Of a stretch of 64,000 nucleotides of DNA, positions 24,853 through 39,047 are shown in pieces. The DNA is from Hyphochytrium catenoides (Eukaryota; Protista; Hyphochytriomycota), in NCBI GenBank assembly GCA_900088475.1, contig FLMG01000914.1:21399-85398 (forward strand). Direction: 5' to 3'. A program made the translations under genes and the position numbers. Within the stretch, counting starts at the first letter, position 1; every line of letters starts with the position of its first letter. The notes beneath the pieces were generated by a model that did no database searches, had not been told where the DNA came from, and was given only the letters and a program-made list of their open reading frames with translations.

Positions 24853-27800
24853 TGTGCTTCTATAGTGGTGCTTCTTGATATAAACTGCAGCCCGAGGAAG
24901 GAAGTCTAATAATTGTAGGTGAAGAGGGAAACCTCAAGCACTTCCTGAAGTGATAGGGCGAGCGAGGTAGTAGGTGCTCGCGGCCGCGATTGAGGAGGAA
25001 AGGAGATGGAAGAAGGAGAGAGAAGATTGCGGATTGAAGAGAGCTCTCGACTATTTCTTGAGTTGGCGTCCAGTAGAAGGTAGGCTCTCTGAGGACAGGA
25101 GGAAAGGAAAGGTGGCTCAGATGGCTCAGAATGGGAAGAGAGCTCATGATGAAGACCAGAGTTACTGGTAAAGAATGGAAAGGAAAGAGAAACAGCAAGA
25201 GAGAGAGAAAGAGAGAAAGAGAGAGAGAGAGAGAGGGGGAGAGAGAGNNNNNNNNNNNNNNNNNNNNNNNNNNNNNNNNNNNNNNNNAGAGAGAGAGAAA
25301 GAGAGAGAGAGGAGAGAGAGGAAGCCAGTGAGCCAGATACTAGTGCGCGACAGGTGCCGTCTGAGGGGAGACAAAGGTCATGATGCCGCCACAGTAAATG
25401 ACTGGCTTAAGATCAACAGGCCCTCAGATGACCTTCAGCTTGTGTTTGTTCGCGCGACCCCTAGGCAATATACTGACTATCGATCGGGTCGATGAGGAGT
25501 GAGTTTGGCCTCGTCATCTTGTCCACCCACCCCATCATTGGAATGGCCCAGGTATCTAAAGGTAAACCGCTCATTTTATTTTCGGCAGCTCTAAGACTGG
25601 TACGCCGTCTAATCCTATTCCGTTCATGGGCCAAACTACAATAACTGAGGCTTCTGCCTTATGTGGCGGGTGGGACGGCTTTAAAGTCGCCTTTCTCTTC
25701 TGTCTTTTATGATATATCGAATTCGTCATATTTCGTATCGGTGTCTCTTGACAAACAGTGCGTATATGTCCATAATTAGGAATGAGGATTGACATGAAGT
25801 GTGTCATGCAGAAAGGGAAGACACGGATTGGACTGAGTGTAGCATTTGTGATGTTAGAGGAAAAAAGAACCAAGGGTTTAGCACGTCTGGCTTCCTTTTC
25901 ACACTGCTTCACTTCCCGTCTTCCTCTTTACCTTTCTCAACAAGTGCCATCTCTCTCTCTCCTGTTCACTGACTTACATCGTTATGCTACACTCTGTCTC
26001 GACAGAGTGATGCTGTTTGAGCAAGAGTTATGTGCGGACAGCACTTCTAATGCCCAAGACAATATCAGGCAACCCGAACCAAATAGAACTAAAGGAGCCT
26101 TGGTTGCCTAACATTTCCAGACATATGGATAGGACAAGATAGGCAAGCAAAAGCAACAGGAAAAAGTGGAAAGATGTAGGATTAAACATAGAAGAAGGTT
26201 ATTAATAGTGAATAGAAGGGTAACATATTCAGAATCAGTTCTAGATTTAGGTCACGAACCAAACTTTAGGTGATGTAAGAGGTGAGCATAGAGCAATTTT
26301 TTGGGGCAAGTGACTTTGAAGCAGGGTGGGCCAGACGAGATACGCTATCCCATACATTATACCCTCAGGAACCAAGGCAGAGGACAGGTAAAGAAGCCAG
26401 ACCCAGGAGAGTGTCTTCCGAACATCACGAACAGCTTTATACATCGACTACATCTCCTGCTTCACCGTCATAAAACAGTACTAGTAGGTCCGTTACATCC
26501 TTCTTTCTTTCTGTCTCTCAAACATGGCCTCTCTGTCTCGCTGGTCTAACACTGAAAAGATGGGCATTACACTCATCTATGTCGAATTTCTCACTCGTTC
26601 TCAGACCGAATCTCACCAACACGCCTTCCGACTTTCTTCTCCTACTCTCCACTGTCCAGAGAGAGGAGGAAAGGAGTACCTTGAAGCTTGAAGATGATGA
26701 GACAGCGAGGAGAAGAAGAGGGAAAGAGAAGAAGGAGAGAGAGGGACAGTTGGCAAGGCAAGAATCGCCTGCAAAAGAGGAGGAAGACATAGACGATAGG
26801 CATCTCATCACGAGCCGAAAGCCCGTATTACTATTAGGAAAACGTTATATTCCGCAAACAATCCTCATCAGACACCTGATCTGAGGCTTGGTTCTACTAT
26901 GGAGTGCTGCCATCGTCAGCATGGACGGACGCACAGCGTCGAATATGATTAACCCGTTGCTTCTAGGGCACTGTTGCTGCTTCTAGTGTTCCTAGTGCTA
27001 GACAAGTTAGTAGGTGTACAGAATAGGTCTCGCCGGAGGTGGCGGCAAGAGCATACCTCAGGTGAGCAAACAAGGAGAAAACATAGAGAGACGCCGGCAG
27101 CGGAGGATGACTAGGAGAACGAGGTGGGCAGCATCGTATCGTAGATCCATCTACGTCCCCGGTATTAGGAGGTGGAAGTGTTTGTCCTTCACGGCCCGAT
27201 GCCTCTCTTATAGACACCACTTGGAAGACGACATGAAGTTTTCACTCATTGGCCGTCAACTAACATTTACTAGCAGCTTTTGGTCCGCATTGACCCTTCC
27301 CGCGCCTAGCGCTTCTGTCGCATAGTAATAAGCGACATGAATCCTTTTAGCTCTGGACTCGGTTCTTTTTGATGAGCTACATGCGGGCGGTGGAGCATTT
27401 GCTGTACGAATACAATAAAAGAAAGTCTTCAAGTTACCGCGTCCCAGATCCTCTGGTTGGACCTCCATGGGGATCATATTAGGCGGAGGCAGACGGCGGA
27501 GGCAGACTGCACCAGAACGGAGGTTGCCAGTGCTATGCCCCTAATAAGTAAGCAACCAGTTGAGCTTCTTGGGTTGCTAAAAGAAATGACCTTTGCCGTC
27601 AAAGACGGCAGCAGGAGAGGCTGTGAATGCTGGCCACACAAGAGAGCGTTAGACACAGCTAGGTTGCATTAGATCTATGATAGGCCGCTTCCGCTGCAAA
27701 AGCTCAAACTCTTAAAGCGTCGATGCATCCGGAAGATATGACAACTGCCACCTAGAACTGACAAGAGGGGCCATGTGATTTATAGCCGTACGGTATCCAC

Positions 27801-28239
27801 TTTTATACCTGAGTCCATCCAAAGGTGTCCTTCCTTCGGCTGACCTATCCCCTGAGTAGGATTTATAATAAGAGCCATTATCTTATTAAACGTGACTTTG
27901 ACAAGGAAACCGGTATCAAACAAGTGATTGCTCGGTGTAAGCAAGGACACTATTGGCGGCGAAGACAATCACTGCTTCTTCCATGGTTACAGACCATCAA
28001 GCGCTTGTCTCTTGGCTTGTCTCCTTGTCGCGTATCCCCTTGGCGTATGCGCCGATACGTTTGAAGCTTTGACTGAACGAGATGAGTCCTCGTCCTAAAT
28101 AAGGCTAACATTTTTATTGAAGAAAGGGAAGTCCATATAGCTGTGTGTGTGTCTGAATTGTTTAGGTGCTCATAGTGTAGGATACCCTACTGGCATGGCA
28201 CTCGCCAATAATTGAATCCACTCAAGAAGTAATCATGCT

Positions 28240-28435
28240 CTTGGGCTCAGGCATGACAAGCGTAGGAAGTACCGTGGTAGGTAATCTGTCATGGGGCTCA
28301 AGGACCGAATCTGGACCCTTTCTGACTCCTGGAGATAATAATAGCTCTCAAGATACCATCAAGAATGTGTTCGAACATTCTACCTGGTGAATCAGGCAGC
28401 ACGATCTCACCATCATAATATGCTAAAAGGCGACT
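28240..28435 (-). pseudogene. Possible decayed Uma2-like / Crinkler-type PD-(D/E)xK nuclease fragment
   Basis: Two frames give YYDGEIVLPDSPGRMFEH.. and ..RKGPDSVL..PTLVM, which resemble the DGE..P..H, K.PD and PxLVxE elements of Uma2-like REases. Broken by a frameshift and stops. Confidence 0.25.
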
Positions 28436-29328
28436 CCCTAAGATTCAGGTAACTGCTTTGTCAAGAGCCTTGCCACTTGATGAATCAAGCGAAGGTTACG
28501 GCTGAAGAGGTTGTCGTCAAGGCTGGAAAAACCGTAGTGCTGGATCTCATTTTTACTTTCTTGTTTAGGTCTGGAAAGTGAAGTCCTGCTGGCCTGGTTT
28601 TCTTGTCTTCTGTGCAGTGGCCTGCGACAGATATCTCATAGCACTTACATGGCGCTGTGCCAGTCTAGGCAATCAAGCTGATGAAGAGCTAGGTAGCAGC
28701 GTGAACTACTATCTTTGACTGTCGACAGATACATATCTACCAGCCTTCCTTATCAATGAATGAAAAAGAGAACTTAATACCTGCTAATTCCCGATGGCGT
28801 TTTAAAGTACGAAGCAATGCAGTGGTGTCTCTATAACAGACTTTGCCTTTAGTTTGGGGAAGATATAGACTAGAAGAGGAAAAGCGACCGACTTAAGAGA
28901 CACACCATCCGTACCTATTCGCCATCACCTTTAGAAGATGATGAGTGATGATGCTGGAGCCTCCTGTCCAAACTGCTCGCTGAACCTTCATTCAACTCTG
29001 GAGAGCTTTACTCCGCCGCCGGAGACCTTTCGTTTATCCTTTTGTCAGCAGAGTAACTCAGCTCGGTGCTCGTGTGCTGGATTCTCCCCTTGATTGCTGC
29101 TAAGCGCTGCTGTCTGGTCCTGACAGGAAAGGGGATCGCTCTCATCCAAGAAATCCTCTTGTGGCTCCCCCCCTCTTACCCTTCAGATCTGGTGCGCTTC
29201 TGCCAATGACATGCTGCCTTGAGATTGTTCCTTTCTCTCTTTCTTTCCCTCGTCAGATCTCTCCTATTGCTTGTCTCTTCTCAGGCTGTTGCTGCTTGCT
29301 GCTGCTGCTGATTCTTCATTCATCCTGC

Positions 29329-29329
<1 letters not shown>

Positions 29330-29363
<34 letters not shown>
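29330..29363. repeat. (CTG)n/(CAG)n trinucleotide microsatellite
   Basis: About 11 tandem GCT units. Confidence 0.9.
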
Positions 29364-29366
<3 letters not shown>

Positions 29367-29771
29367 GAGCGGAGGAAGCCAATGAAGGACCGTTGGAGGC
29401 AACAAAAGAAGCTGATGGATTGTTCAGATTTAGGAGGCCGCTAACGGCCTTGTGTGAAGGGACATTTAATGTTTAGGTGGGTGGGATATGCGTTTTAGTG
29501 ATGAGGTAAATACTGTGTATGAGGTGGGAGAGATGGGTGGGCGCTAGCTGGATTGAGAGAGCCTTCCTAGATTTACCGAAACATTCGCCGGATTCTGATG
29601 CGTACACGGCGGATAGAGTCGAAGGCGATCATAGGGCATCACTCAATCCTTAACCGTATGAGGCACAAGGAAGGTCAGCCGAGATGATGTTCAAGGCGGA
29701 TTGTGGATCTTTGGGTGCAAGGTTATCTCTCTCTCCTCTCTCTCTCTCTCTCGCTCTCTCTGTCTCTCTCT

Positions 29772-29836
<65 letters not shown>

Positions 29837-30289
29837 GTCCTTTCGGTCTCTCTCTCCTCTAGCTCTTCTCCCTCTCGTTTGCTCTGAATCCGAAACTTCC
29901 TCTTCTTTCTCTCTCACCTCACGCCTAGTTCTTTCCCTCGACTCCCTCTCTTCCCTCTCTCTCTCTTTTCTCATCGAGCTCTTTCCTCGTCCCAACGACT
30001 TCCTCCCTCTCCTTATCTGCCAACGTCTCGCATCCTGATGCTTCTGAATCAGCAGTGGCTCGTACTCTCTCCTGCCTCCTTTACCCTTACCTGTCACCCT
30101 CTCTCTTGTTCCCACTCTTCACCGGCTGATCCTCATCACTCTCCAAACTGCCTTTCAACCCGCGCGGCTCTCTTCCTAATTCCCCACGGACCATAGAAAA
30201 GAGGAAAGCAAGGCGGCGTGCGGCAAGAGAGAGGAAAGAGATAGACAGCGGAAAGAGGAAAGACCCACACAGCAGCAGGTGATAAGACC

Positions 30290-33200
30290 ATGGCTTCGAG
30301 CAGTTCAAGCTTCGGAGAGAGTGTGATCCGCCTGGCGCCTAACACATTCATCCACGTCCTGGACACCAACACCAATGTCACGCGCGTTGTCAGCGGGCCG
30401 CTCACCTTCACGCGCCAGGTTAGAGATTGTCGCCGCAGCTGGAAAGGCGGACAATGATTCTTTGGTCCTTGCTAGAGATCGTGATCCTTCTCTTGGCTCT
30501 ATAGCGCCTTCCTTCGGGTTCAGCTCTCTTTCCTAGCGGCGCTGCCTTGATCCGGTTTTACCTCTTTGCAATGTTATATCTACTGACTCCGTTGTGAGGA
30601 GTCGTAGAACTTTTCAGTTTGCCCAAACGCGCATCTTCCTCTGCTCTCTCTTCCCCTCTGTCTCTCTTCTCTCTTTCTCTCTTCCCCCTCTCTTTTCTCT
30701 CCTGTCTCCTCTCCGCTGTTCGATTTTGAGTGTTCTCTCTTGGTGGTCGAGGGCCTTCACTCTCTCTGTTGGGACAACCCTATATATCGCCTTCTGCCCT
30801 CTTCCAGTGGCCCTTATTCATCTCTCTCTTCTCTATGTGTCGCTGTCGCTCTCTCTCTCTCTCTTTCTCCAACTCCGATGCTTGATACAGGAACATGAGC
30901 GCATTGTTCTTCCTCCAACTCCGATGCTTACTCTGCCGGCTCGCCACTACGTTGTCATCGGCAATCCTGTCCTCAGAGATGAGAAGGGAGAGCCACTGAA
31001 GGATAAGTTTGGGCAGATCAAGCTCAAGCATGGAGACCTCGAGGTCTGTGCCAAACTCCATGCACTCGCCTCTCTACACTGCTTTATAGTCNNNNNNNNN
31101 NNNNNNNNNNNNNNNNNNNNNNNTCTCTATCCTTTGCCCTCTCTCTCTCTCTGTCTTTCTCTCTGTCTCTCTGTCTGTCTCTCTTTCTCTCGCACTTTGG
31201 TTGGTCTTCTTTATTGGTCCGATCGTGCATGGGCTGACTCCTTGTTCTTCTTCTTCTCTATCTTCCTCTCTCTCATCGCCAGGTCCGGCTCTCCGACCAG
31301 TACTCTGAGCCTTTCCCTCTGTATCCGGGAGAGTATCAAGCCTCTCCCCAGATCGAAAGGCTGCGGGTGATCGAGGCAAACGCGGCGCTGCGGATCAAGG
31401 CGACCAGAGACTTTGAGGCGAGCGAGGGGCTCAGAAGAGCTGCCGGCGATGAATGGCTTTTCTCAGGACCAGGTCTTCTTACCACCCACCCGCTATATGT
31501 CATTCCCCTCTCTCACTCTCTCACTCTCTCTCTNNNNNNNNNNNNNNNNNNNNNNNNNNNNNNNNNNNNNNNNNNNNNNNNNNNNNNNNTCGTTGTCTCT
31601 CTCTCTCTTATTTGTTTTTGTTATTCTTTCTCTTACTTTCTCTCTTTCTCTCCCTGTCTAGCTGTTTGTCTCTATGCACTAGCTCTTGGTTAGCTCTGAC
31701 CTGCCGTCCCCTTCTCCTCTCTTCCGTTTATGGGAGTCTAGACAAAGCTAACATTTTAGCGCCGTTCAGGAACTTATATCCCTCGGGTAGAGGAGGAAGT
31801 CCTCGAGACAGTGAAGGCCATTATCGTGGAACAGAACCAAGCGCTTCGGCTCAGAGCCCGAAAGGAATGTGTGGACGGTAGGGGAAGACGCCGACGCCAT
31901 GCTTTTCCTAGTCTATCCCCGTCTGTTTTGTATACTCTCCGTGTGATGGTTGGCTTGCTTCTTCTCAGGCTTGGCTTAGCTCCTCGTCTGAGCAGGCCTC
32001 CATCTTCGGGTCTGGTCACTTTATGCCGTAGAGAAGCTCATTGTTCTTCTTCTCTCATCTTATTTATTCTGATTCCTCAGCTAAAGGGACCAAGAGAAAA
32101 ACTGGTGAGGAGTGGCTTGTTCGAGAGCCAGGAGCTTATCTTCCCACTGTAGAGGAGGAGCTGGTATGCAAGCTCTCCGCGATAATCCTTACGGAGAGGA
32201 CAGCGCTGCACCTTCGCGCCACGCGGACCTTCGACGATGTCTATGGGAAAAAAAGGTATTCAGATACTCTTGTTAACGTTCCTCTCGCTGTTGGCATCAT
32301 CTATGCGTTGTCCCATGTTGGCGTGTTCTCTTCCCTTCCGTCGCTTTGTTCTGCCCCTCTGGTTTGACCTGCCTCTGACCTTATGGCAGACGAGCGGGAG
32401 AGGAATGGCTGGTGACCAACGCGATGGCCGAGACACACGTCCTGGATGTATTCGAAGAGGTGATTGGGGACGGGATCGTCGACATCACAACCTTAACAAA
32501 CAGACAGTTCTGCGTGGTACGTAGTTAAGGCTTCCCGTTGCCATAGCAAATGGAGCCTTCGTGCTATTGTTCGGTCGTCGTAGTTCTTGGACTGGTGCAT
32601 CTGCGCAGAATTTGTCTGGCCTCTGTCTCTCCCTCTTGGTCTCATTCTCATTGCTTCTCTCTTCTCTGTCTGTTCTTTGGTATCTCTAATTGTCTCTTTA
32701 CTCTCTATTTGGTCTATTCAACCACCCTCTGTCTTTGCCTTCCAGTCTTCCTGTCTTGCTCCTCACTCTTTCGGCTTGTCTCCCCTCTGTACTTCTCTCC
32801 CGCTGTACCATAACTGTCTCTCCCGGGTAGGTTGTCGATCCATTCGTGGACGGTGTTCAGCGCCTAGGGACCTGGCAGCTTCGTCAAGGAGAGCAGACCT
32901 TCTTTCTGCAGCCTGGAGAAAGACTTCTCAACGGCATTGAAGAAGTTCTTGTCTTGGGAGATGACGAGGCGGTGCTCTTGCAAGCGCGAGAGGCCTTTAT
33001 CGACACCAATCCTAAGGGTTCCAAGGCGATCTGTGGGCAGGGTGTGAAGACAAAGAAGGAAGGAGAGAAGGAGATGGCCTCTGACAGTGTCGTGCGCAGA
33101 CCAGGAGATAGGTGGATGATCTATGGACCCTGCGAGTATATTCCGCCGGTAGAGGTACGAATCAATAGTTCTTTCTCCCTCCTCCTTCTCTCTCTTTCTC

Positions 33201-33357
33201 TCTCTTCCGTGTGTGTCTCTCGCTTGCTTCTTTCTCTCTCTCGTCCTCTCTCTCTCTCTCTCTCTCNNNNNNNNNNNNNNNNNNNNNNNNNNNNNNNNNN
33301 NNNNNNNNNNNNNNNNNNNNNNNNNNNNNNNNNNNNNNNNNNNNNNNNNNNNNNNNN

Positions 33358-33389
<32 letters not shown>

Positions 33390-34452
33390 TGCTTGCTTGC
33401 TTCCCATGTTCCGTTCAATATCATCCTTTTCGTGCTCTCCTCTCCCTTTCGCCCTTATAGGTGAAGCTGGTAGAGACACGAAAGGCCATTCCTCTTGATG
33501 AGAATGAAGGCGTCTATGTGCGGGACATAAAGACTGGTCAAGTGCGCGCCGTAATTGGGAAGACGTACATGCTGCAGCCAAGCGAAGAATTATGGGAGAA
33601 GGAATTGCCTGAGGAGGTTAGACTTGGACCCTGGCGTCCTTTCCGCTCTTCTTCTACCCGCTGTCGCCCGTCTCTTGCTTCAAAAGACTTTTGCTCGAGT
33701 CCGCGCATTGCCTTTTGCGCTTCAAGGTCTTCTCCTTGCTCTTTTCTATTCTTCTCCCTTCTGGACTAGCCCTTCTTCTTTCTCTTCATTTCTCTCATCC
33801 TGTCAGTCTCCCTTTTCCAGGTTGAGGAGCTGCTAGCTCAGCAGGCAAATGGAGCGACTGTGTACGTGGAGCCCCGAAACGCGCAAGGACACTGGAACCT
33901 GAAGAAAGAACAACCCACGAAACCACGAGATAAGACCAAGGTACAGAGAGTCTTTTGAGAGAAAAGCGCAGGAAAGATAAATTATACATAGATAGAAAGG
34001 GAACAAAGAGAGCCAAAGTAAAGAAACTCACACCTACAGAAGAGAGAAACAGAGAAACAGAGAAAGATTGTAGAGACTTCAGGTTCTTCAGGGTAGAAAG
34101 AGAAAGAGCATTCCAAAGCATCAGTGATCCCACTCATGATCGGTTTATCTTTATCCTGCCAGGTCGTCAGCTTCCGGGTTCCCCACAATGCGGCGATGCA
34201 GGTTGACAAACGACTTGACTTTGTCCTCTGGATCTTCGGTTAACCTTGAAGATCCTCTGTCTCTCAGGTTTATGACTATAAACGCAAGGAGAGCCGTATC
34301 TCCTTCGGTCCATCTCTCGTGATGCTGGGACCTGATGAGCAGTTTACAATCCTTCGCCTGTCTGGTGATAAGCCCAAGCGGCCGAAGGTAAGGCCCAATC
34401 AGCGTCACGCAGTTCAGATATGGCGCAGAAACATCTCTGAATTCTGACCTTG

Positions 34453-34505
<53 letters not shown>

Positions 34506-35237
34506 CACACCACACACACACAGGTTATCCATACTCTCTGTCTGCAGCTAGGCCCAGACTTCATGACGGACATTGTCAACGTTGAGACTTCTGACCATGC
34601 ACGCCTGCAGCTGACGCTCGCCTACAACTGGCAGGTGAGGCGTCTGTGACTACTTCTTGAGGAAGAAAAGTTTAAAATAGAGCGACATGAGGGGGAGACG
34701 CTCTATGAAATGTCGCACATGACACAGAACCAATCTATCTCTCCCGCCAAACACAGCTGTAACATAGTTTCTTCGCTGTCTCTGCAGTTCGATGTGGACA
34801 GGACCTCTGAGACCAGTGCCGCAGCAATATTTAACGTGAGAGACTTCGTGGGTGATGCCTGCAAGTCTCTGGCCTCCAGAGTGAGAGGAGCGGTGGCCAG
34901 CGAGAGGTATCCGCTACATTCCTTTCTCATTCACTTACAGCAGTATCTCTTCCCCAGTCTTTCTACTCTTTCCTCGCTCTTTTTCTGATTTAAACTTCTC
35001 TCTCTCTCTCTTCCCCTTCGTCGCCGTTTCCCCCGCTTCTTCTCTCGTCTCCCTTATTATCTCTCTCTTTCTCTCTTAAACCCCTCCCCATAACATCTCC
35101 GTTGCTCAGCTTTGATCACTTCCATAAGAAGTCTGCTGCCATTATTCACGGCGCCATTTTCGGCCTGGATGAAAGTGGCAAGATCCGGGATCATCTTACG
35201 TTTCCTAACAATAGACTGGTAAGCCATCTTCTCTCTG

Positions 35238-35274
<37 letters not shown>

Positions 35275-35346
35275 TGTTCCTTTGTGTCTCTCTCTCTGTG
35301 GTCTCAATTATCTGCCTCCCTCTCCTGTCTTTGTCTTTGTCTTTTT

Positions 35347-35397
<51 letters not shown>

Positions 35398-35445
35398 TTC
35401 TGNNNNNNNNNNNNNNNNNNNNNNNNNNNNNNNNNNNNNTCTCTC

Positions 35446-35510
<65 letters not shown>

Positions 35511-37016
35511 ACACTATCCATCCCTATTTGCCCTCTGTTCCACGCTCGATGGCACCAATAAGCCTGTTTGTCTTACTTTGGGTTTTGCCAAGGGCTCTTC
35601 TTGCTCTCTCTCTCTTCTGGTGCTGGCTGCCTACATGTCTCTTCCCTCTTTTGTGTCTTTCGATGTCTCGCTATGCGGTACTTAGGTGATCACCAACGTG
35701 GACATACAAGCTGTAGACCCGGTAGATGCCAAGACGAGAGAAAGTCTCCAGAAGTCAGTTCAGGTATGGCTTCCTAGAAACTTCACGGCGCCACTTTTCC
35801 TCCTCTCATAACAATCTCTCTCTCTCTCTTTTTTCTCTCTCTCTCTCTCTCTCTCTCTCGCTTTATCTCTCTCTCTCTCTCTTTTTCTCGCGCTCTCTCT
35901 CTCTGTGCCTCCCTGTCTTAGCTGGCGATTGAAATAACTACAAAGAGTCAAGAGGCCCGTGCGCAAGCTGAGGCTCAGAGAGAGGAGGAAGAGGCAATGG
36001 GTTCTCTCCAAAGACAAAGGATTCAGAACGAGAGTGAGGCGGAGGCGGCCAAGAAAGAGCTGCTGCAGCTGCAGTCAGAGACCGCAGTCGTCAAGGCCTC
36101 AGGAGAGGCTCTGGCAATGGCCAAGGCCAAAGCGATGGTAAGGCCCTTTCTTGCACCTTGCGTCGGCATGTACGCTTTGTGCTATTCTTTTGTCTCTCTC
36201 TTTCTCTCTCTTTCCTATCTCTCTTTCTCTCTCTCTCTCTCTCTCTCCTCTTTCTCATAAGAATTTCTATGTCTCTTCAGGCGCTGGAAATTGAAGGCCA
36301 AGCAAGTGTAAAGAACGCTCAGCTGAAGGCCGAGGCTGAGTCAATCGCCAGCGAGGCTGAGCTGAACATGATGAAGGCGAGGTCTAAGGTAGAGCTGGAG
36401 CACCAGCGCCTGATGAATGAACTGGAGATCAATAAGGCCAAGCAGATCGGAGAGATAGAGGTAATGTTACTCTCTCTCTCGCTGTCCTTACGTTCTCTCT
36501 CTTGCTTTCACAGACATACACGCTTACCCTATCTCTCTCCGATCCGTTTTGCCGGCCTCTCTCTCTTTCAAATTTTATCTATGGCTATGACTTCAGTCTT
36601 CCCTGTGCTTTGCCTGTCTTCTTCCACTTCAGATCACTATATTGAGCATCTAAGGTCTCTCCGCCCACTGTCATCGGTGGCTGTACATCTTGGCCTCTCT
36701 CTCTCTCTCTCTNNNNNNNNNNNNNNNNNNNNNNNNNNNNNNNNNNNNNNNNNNNNCTCTCTCTCGCTCTCTCTCTCTCTCTCTCTAGGTGGCCAAGTTC
36801 AGTGCCATGGTGCAAGCCCTCGGTCCCTCTACGCTTGTGGAGATGGCTCGGGCTGGCCCCGATGCGCAGGCTCAGCTCCTCCAAGGTCTGGGTCTGCAGG
36901 GTTTTCTGATCACCGACGGAAAGACGCCAATCAATCTTCTTCAGACGGCGAGCGGGATGGTGGCCCCTCCTACTCTGCCAGTGAGAGGAGCAGCCGGCCC
37001 TGCCAGTGCCCAGTAA
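30290..37016 (+). CDS. MVP: Major vault protein, about 18 exons
   Basis: N-term [29 protein letters not shown]; PFPLYPGE; vault repeats ([43 protein letters not shown]); [23 protein letters not shown]; shoulder [30 protein letters not shown]; cap helix [18 protein letters not shown]; C-term [11 protein letters not shown]. All exons are joined by GT..AG introns. Confidence 0.97.
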
Positions 37017-37602
37017 CCCTTCCTCTCCTTTATCCTTTCTCTCTCTCGCTTTCTATGTTACTCTCTCGTCGTTCTGTCTGTCTGATAGGGCCGGTAAGCG
37101 CAGAGATGTACACATTAATCTATAAAGTCATAGCTGTCACTCGTGCACGGTTCAGAGCCCTTGACTCTCTCTCTCTCTCATAGTGACTAAGGTCGCTCCT
37201 GTCCTGCATCAGTCTCTTTCTCTCTTCCGCTGTCTCTCCCCTGTGTTTACCCTTCTCTTATGAGCATGATATCTTTCTGTGCATGCCACTTTACTAAATA
37301 TCAGCTCTGATAGGACCAACTGGCAGCACTCTCTTTCTTCAACCCTCTCGTCTTTCTCTCTCTCTTTTGTTCCCTTTCTATCTCTTCTCCCCTTCTCGTC
37401 TCTTTCATTCTCTCTCTCCTCTCTTCCTCACTCTCTCCCGCAGTAACACAAGTACCTTATAGAAGTAGAGCACTTATGGCAGCAATCACGGGTAGGAAAG
37501 CGCCGGACTGGAAGAAGTTGAGGTTGGCACTGATGGAAAATGGTGACTCTTCGTAGGGGCACAACAACTGATCTTGAAGGATGAGCACTTGATGTCCTAT
37601 CA

Positions 37603-37656
<54 letters not shown>

Positions 37657-39047
37657 GGGAGCATCACACCCACCAAGAGCCTGATCGAGAGACAGAGAGA
37701 GAAACAGACAAAATGAAAGATAGACAAAGCAGGCAAGGAGGGAAAGAAGGTGAGAGAGAGAGAGAGAGAGAGGGACGAGAGAGACAAAGAGAGAGAGAGG
37801 AGGAGAGAGGTTGGCTCTGTGGTGGCTCTTCTCTTGGAAGAAATTTCTTCTCGTCCTGCTGCTGTCCTTTCTGTCCTCCCCCAGGACAGGAAGTAGCTGA
37901 CTAGTTTAGTATACGCCTCACAAGGTGGGTGGGGGGCTATATTTTGCTATACTCGTGATAGATATTTGAACTTGGGGAAGTACATCAAGTATAGTGCCTA
38001 CCCATCCCATGGCGGGCTACCTGTAGCCAATCACAGGTCACGGCCGTTGCGGCTGCGCCTTATTCTTAGCCAGAGCGCTAAAAATAGACCGAGCCATGAA
38101 ACAAACCAACAACCCTTCTGAAACATTCAGAGTTCCATCCACTTCGTATAGAGTTATACCAATGAATGAAACAAACAATTTGTTTCATGTTTCTCATTGT
38201 CATGCACGAGCTACCCAAGATGCGGAACGATCTGAACCACCAAAAGTCTTCCCCGTCTTCCTAGCAGCTGTTTCTCCAACTCCCGTATCCCCAATAACCC
38301 TCCTCAACTTATTCAGTTCCCGAATAAACCTCTTATCATCCCGAATAATCACCCTATTGCGGCAGACTGATGGCCGGTCGGACGGCCGGCGCCGCGATTT
38401 CCGGTGCGAACATCAGACGAGAACTTCCCTTGCCAGACAGAGCCAGCGAGAGAGAGAGACGCCGCAGGTGTGGACAGACAGAGACGCATCGTGGTTAGGC
38501 TTTGCAGGTGCTTTGGATGGCGCAGAGGTGGGCCACACTGTCCTGTTATCCATAGAGATCTTGTCTGCTTGATAGTTTCTGAGCAGAAGGAAGGGGTACG
38601 CCAGGCCCTTGTACAGCGGTGTCCACTCGATTGGGGACGCTGGGCTCTGCGGTAGGAGAGCGCCAAGAAGAATCTTCCGTGGTGGCGGTTTGACTAGTCT
38701 GAGCGGGTCGGTCACTGAAGAACTTTCGGCGTTCCTAGAAGTAAAAGCGCGGCGATCAGTGGCGGCTGGCGGAGGTTTGAATAGCTCGAGGAGATTCTAA
38801 GTTGTGAGCAGCCATCAGTACAGACTGCTTGCAGACTCGGGCCGAGCTGCGCCAACATAGCGTTGAACACTTGGACCATCTTTGGAGAAAGTTGGACGCC
38901 TCAAAGGGCAGAGGAACCCAGCAACGCAATATACGCTCTATAGATTCATAGAATGACTCGTCGGTTATAAAGGAAGTTTGGTCTAAAAGCTAGACGCAGG
39001 GATTGGAGTGAGCGAAGAGTGCCTCTTTATCTCTAAATCTCTCAACC

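Noticed and set aside
29500-29700. Possible vault RNA upstream of MVP
   Set aside because: No convincing Pol III A/B boxes or T-run terminator.
38096-38800. ORFs on both strands and short cccgaataa repeats between MVP and the carrier
   Set aside because: No family match and repeats too short; a PTSAPSKAP-containing minus-strand exon is possible but unsupported.
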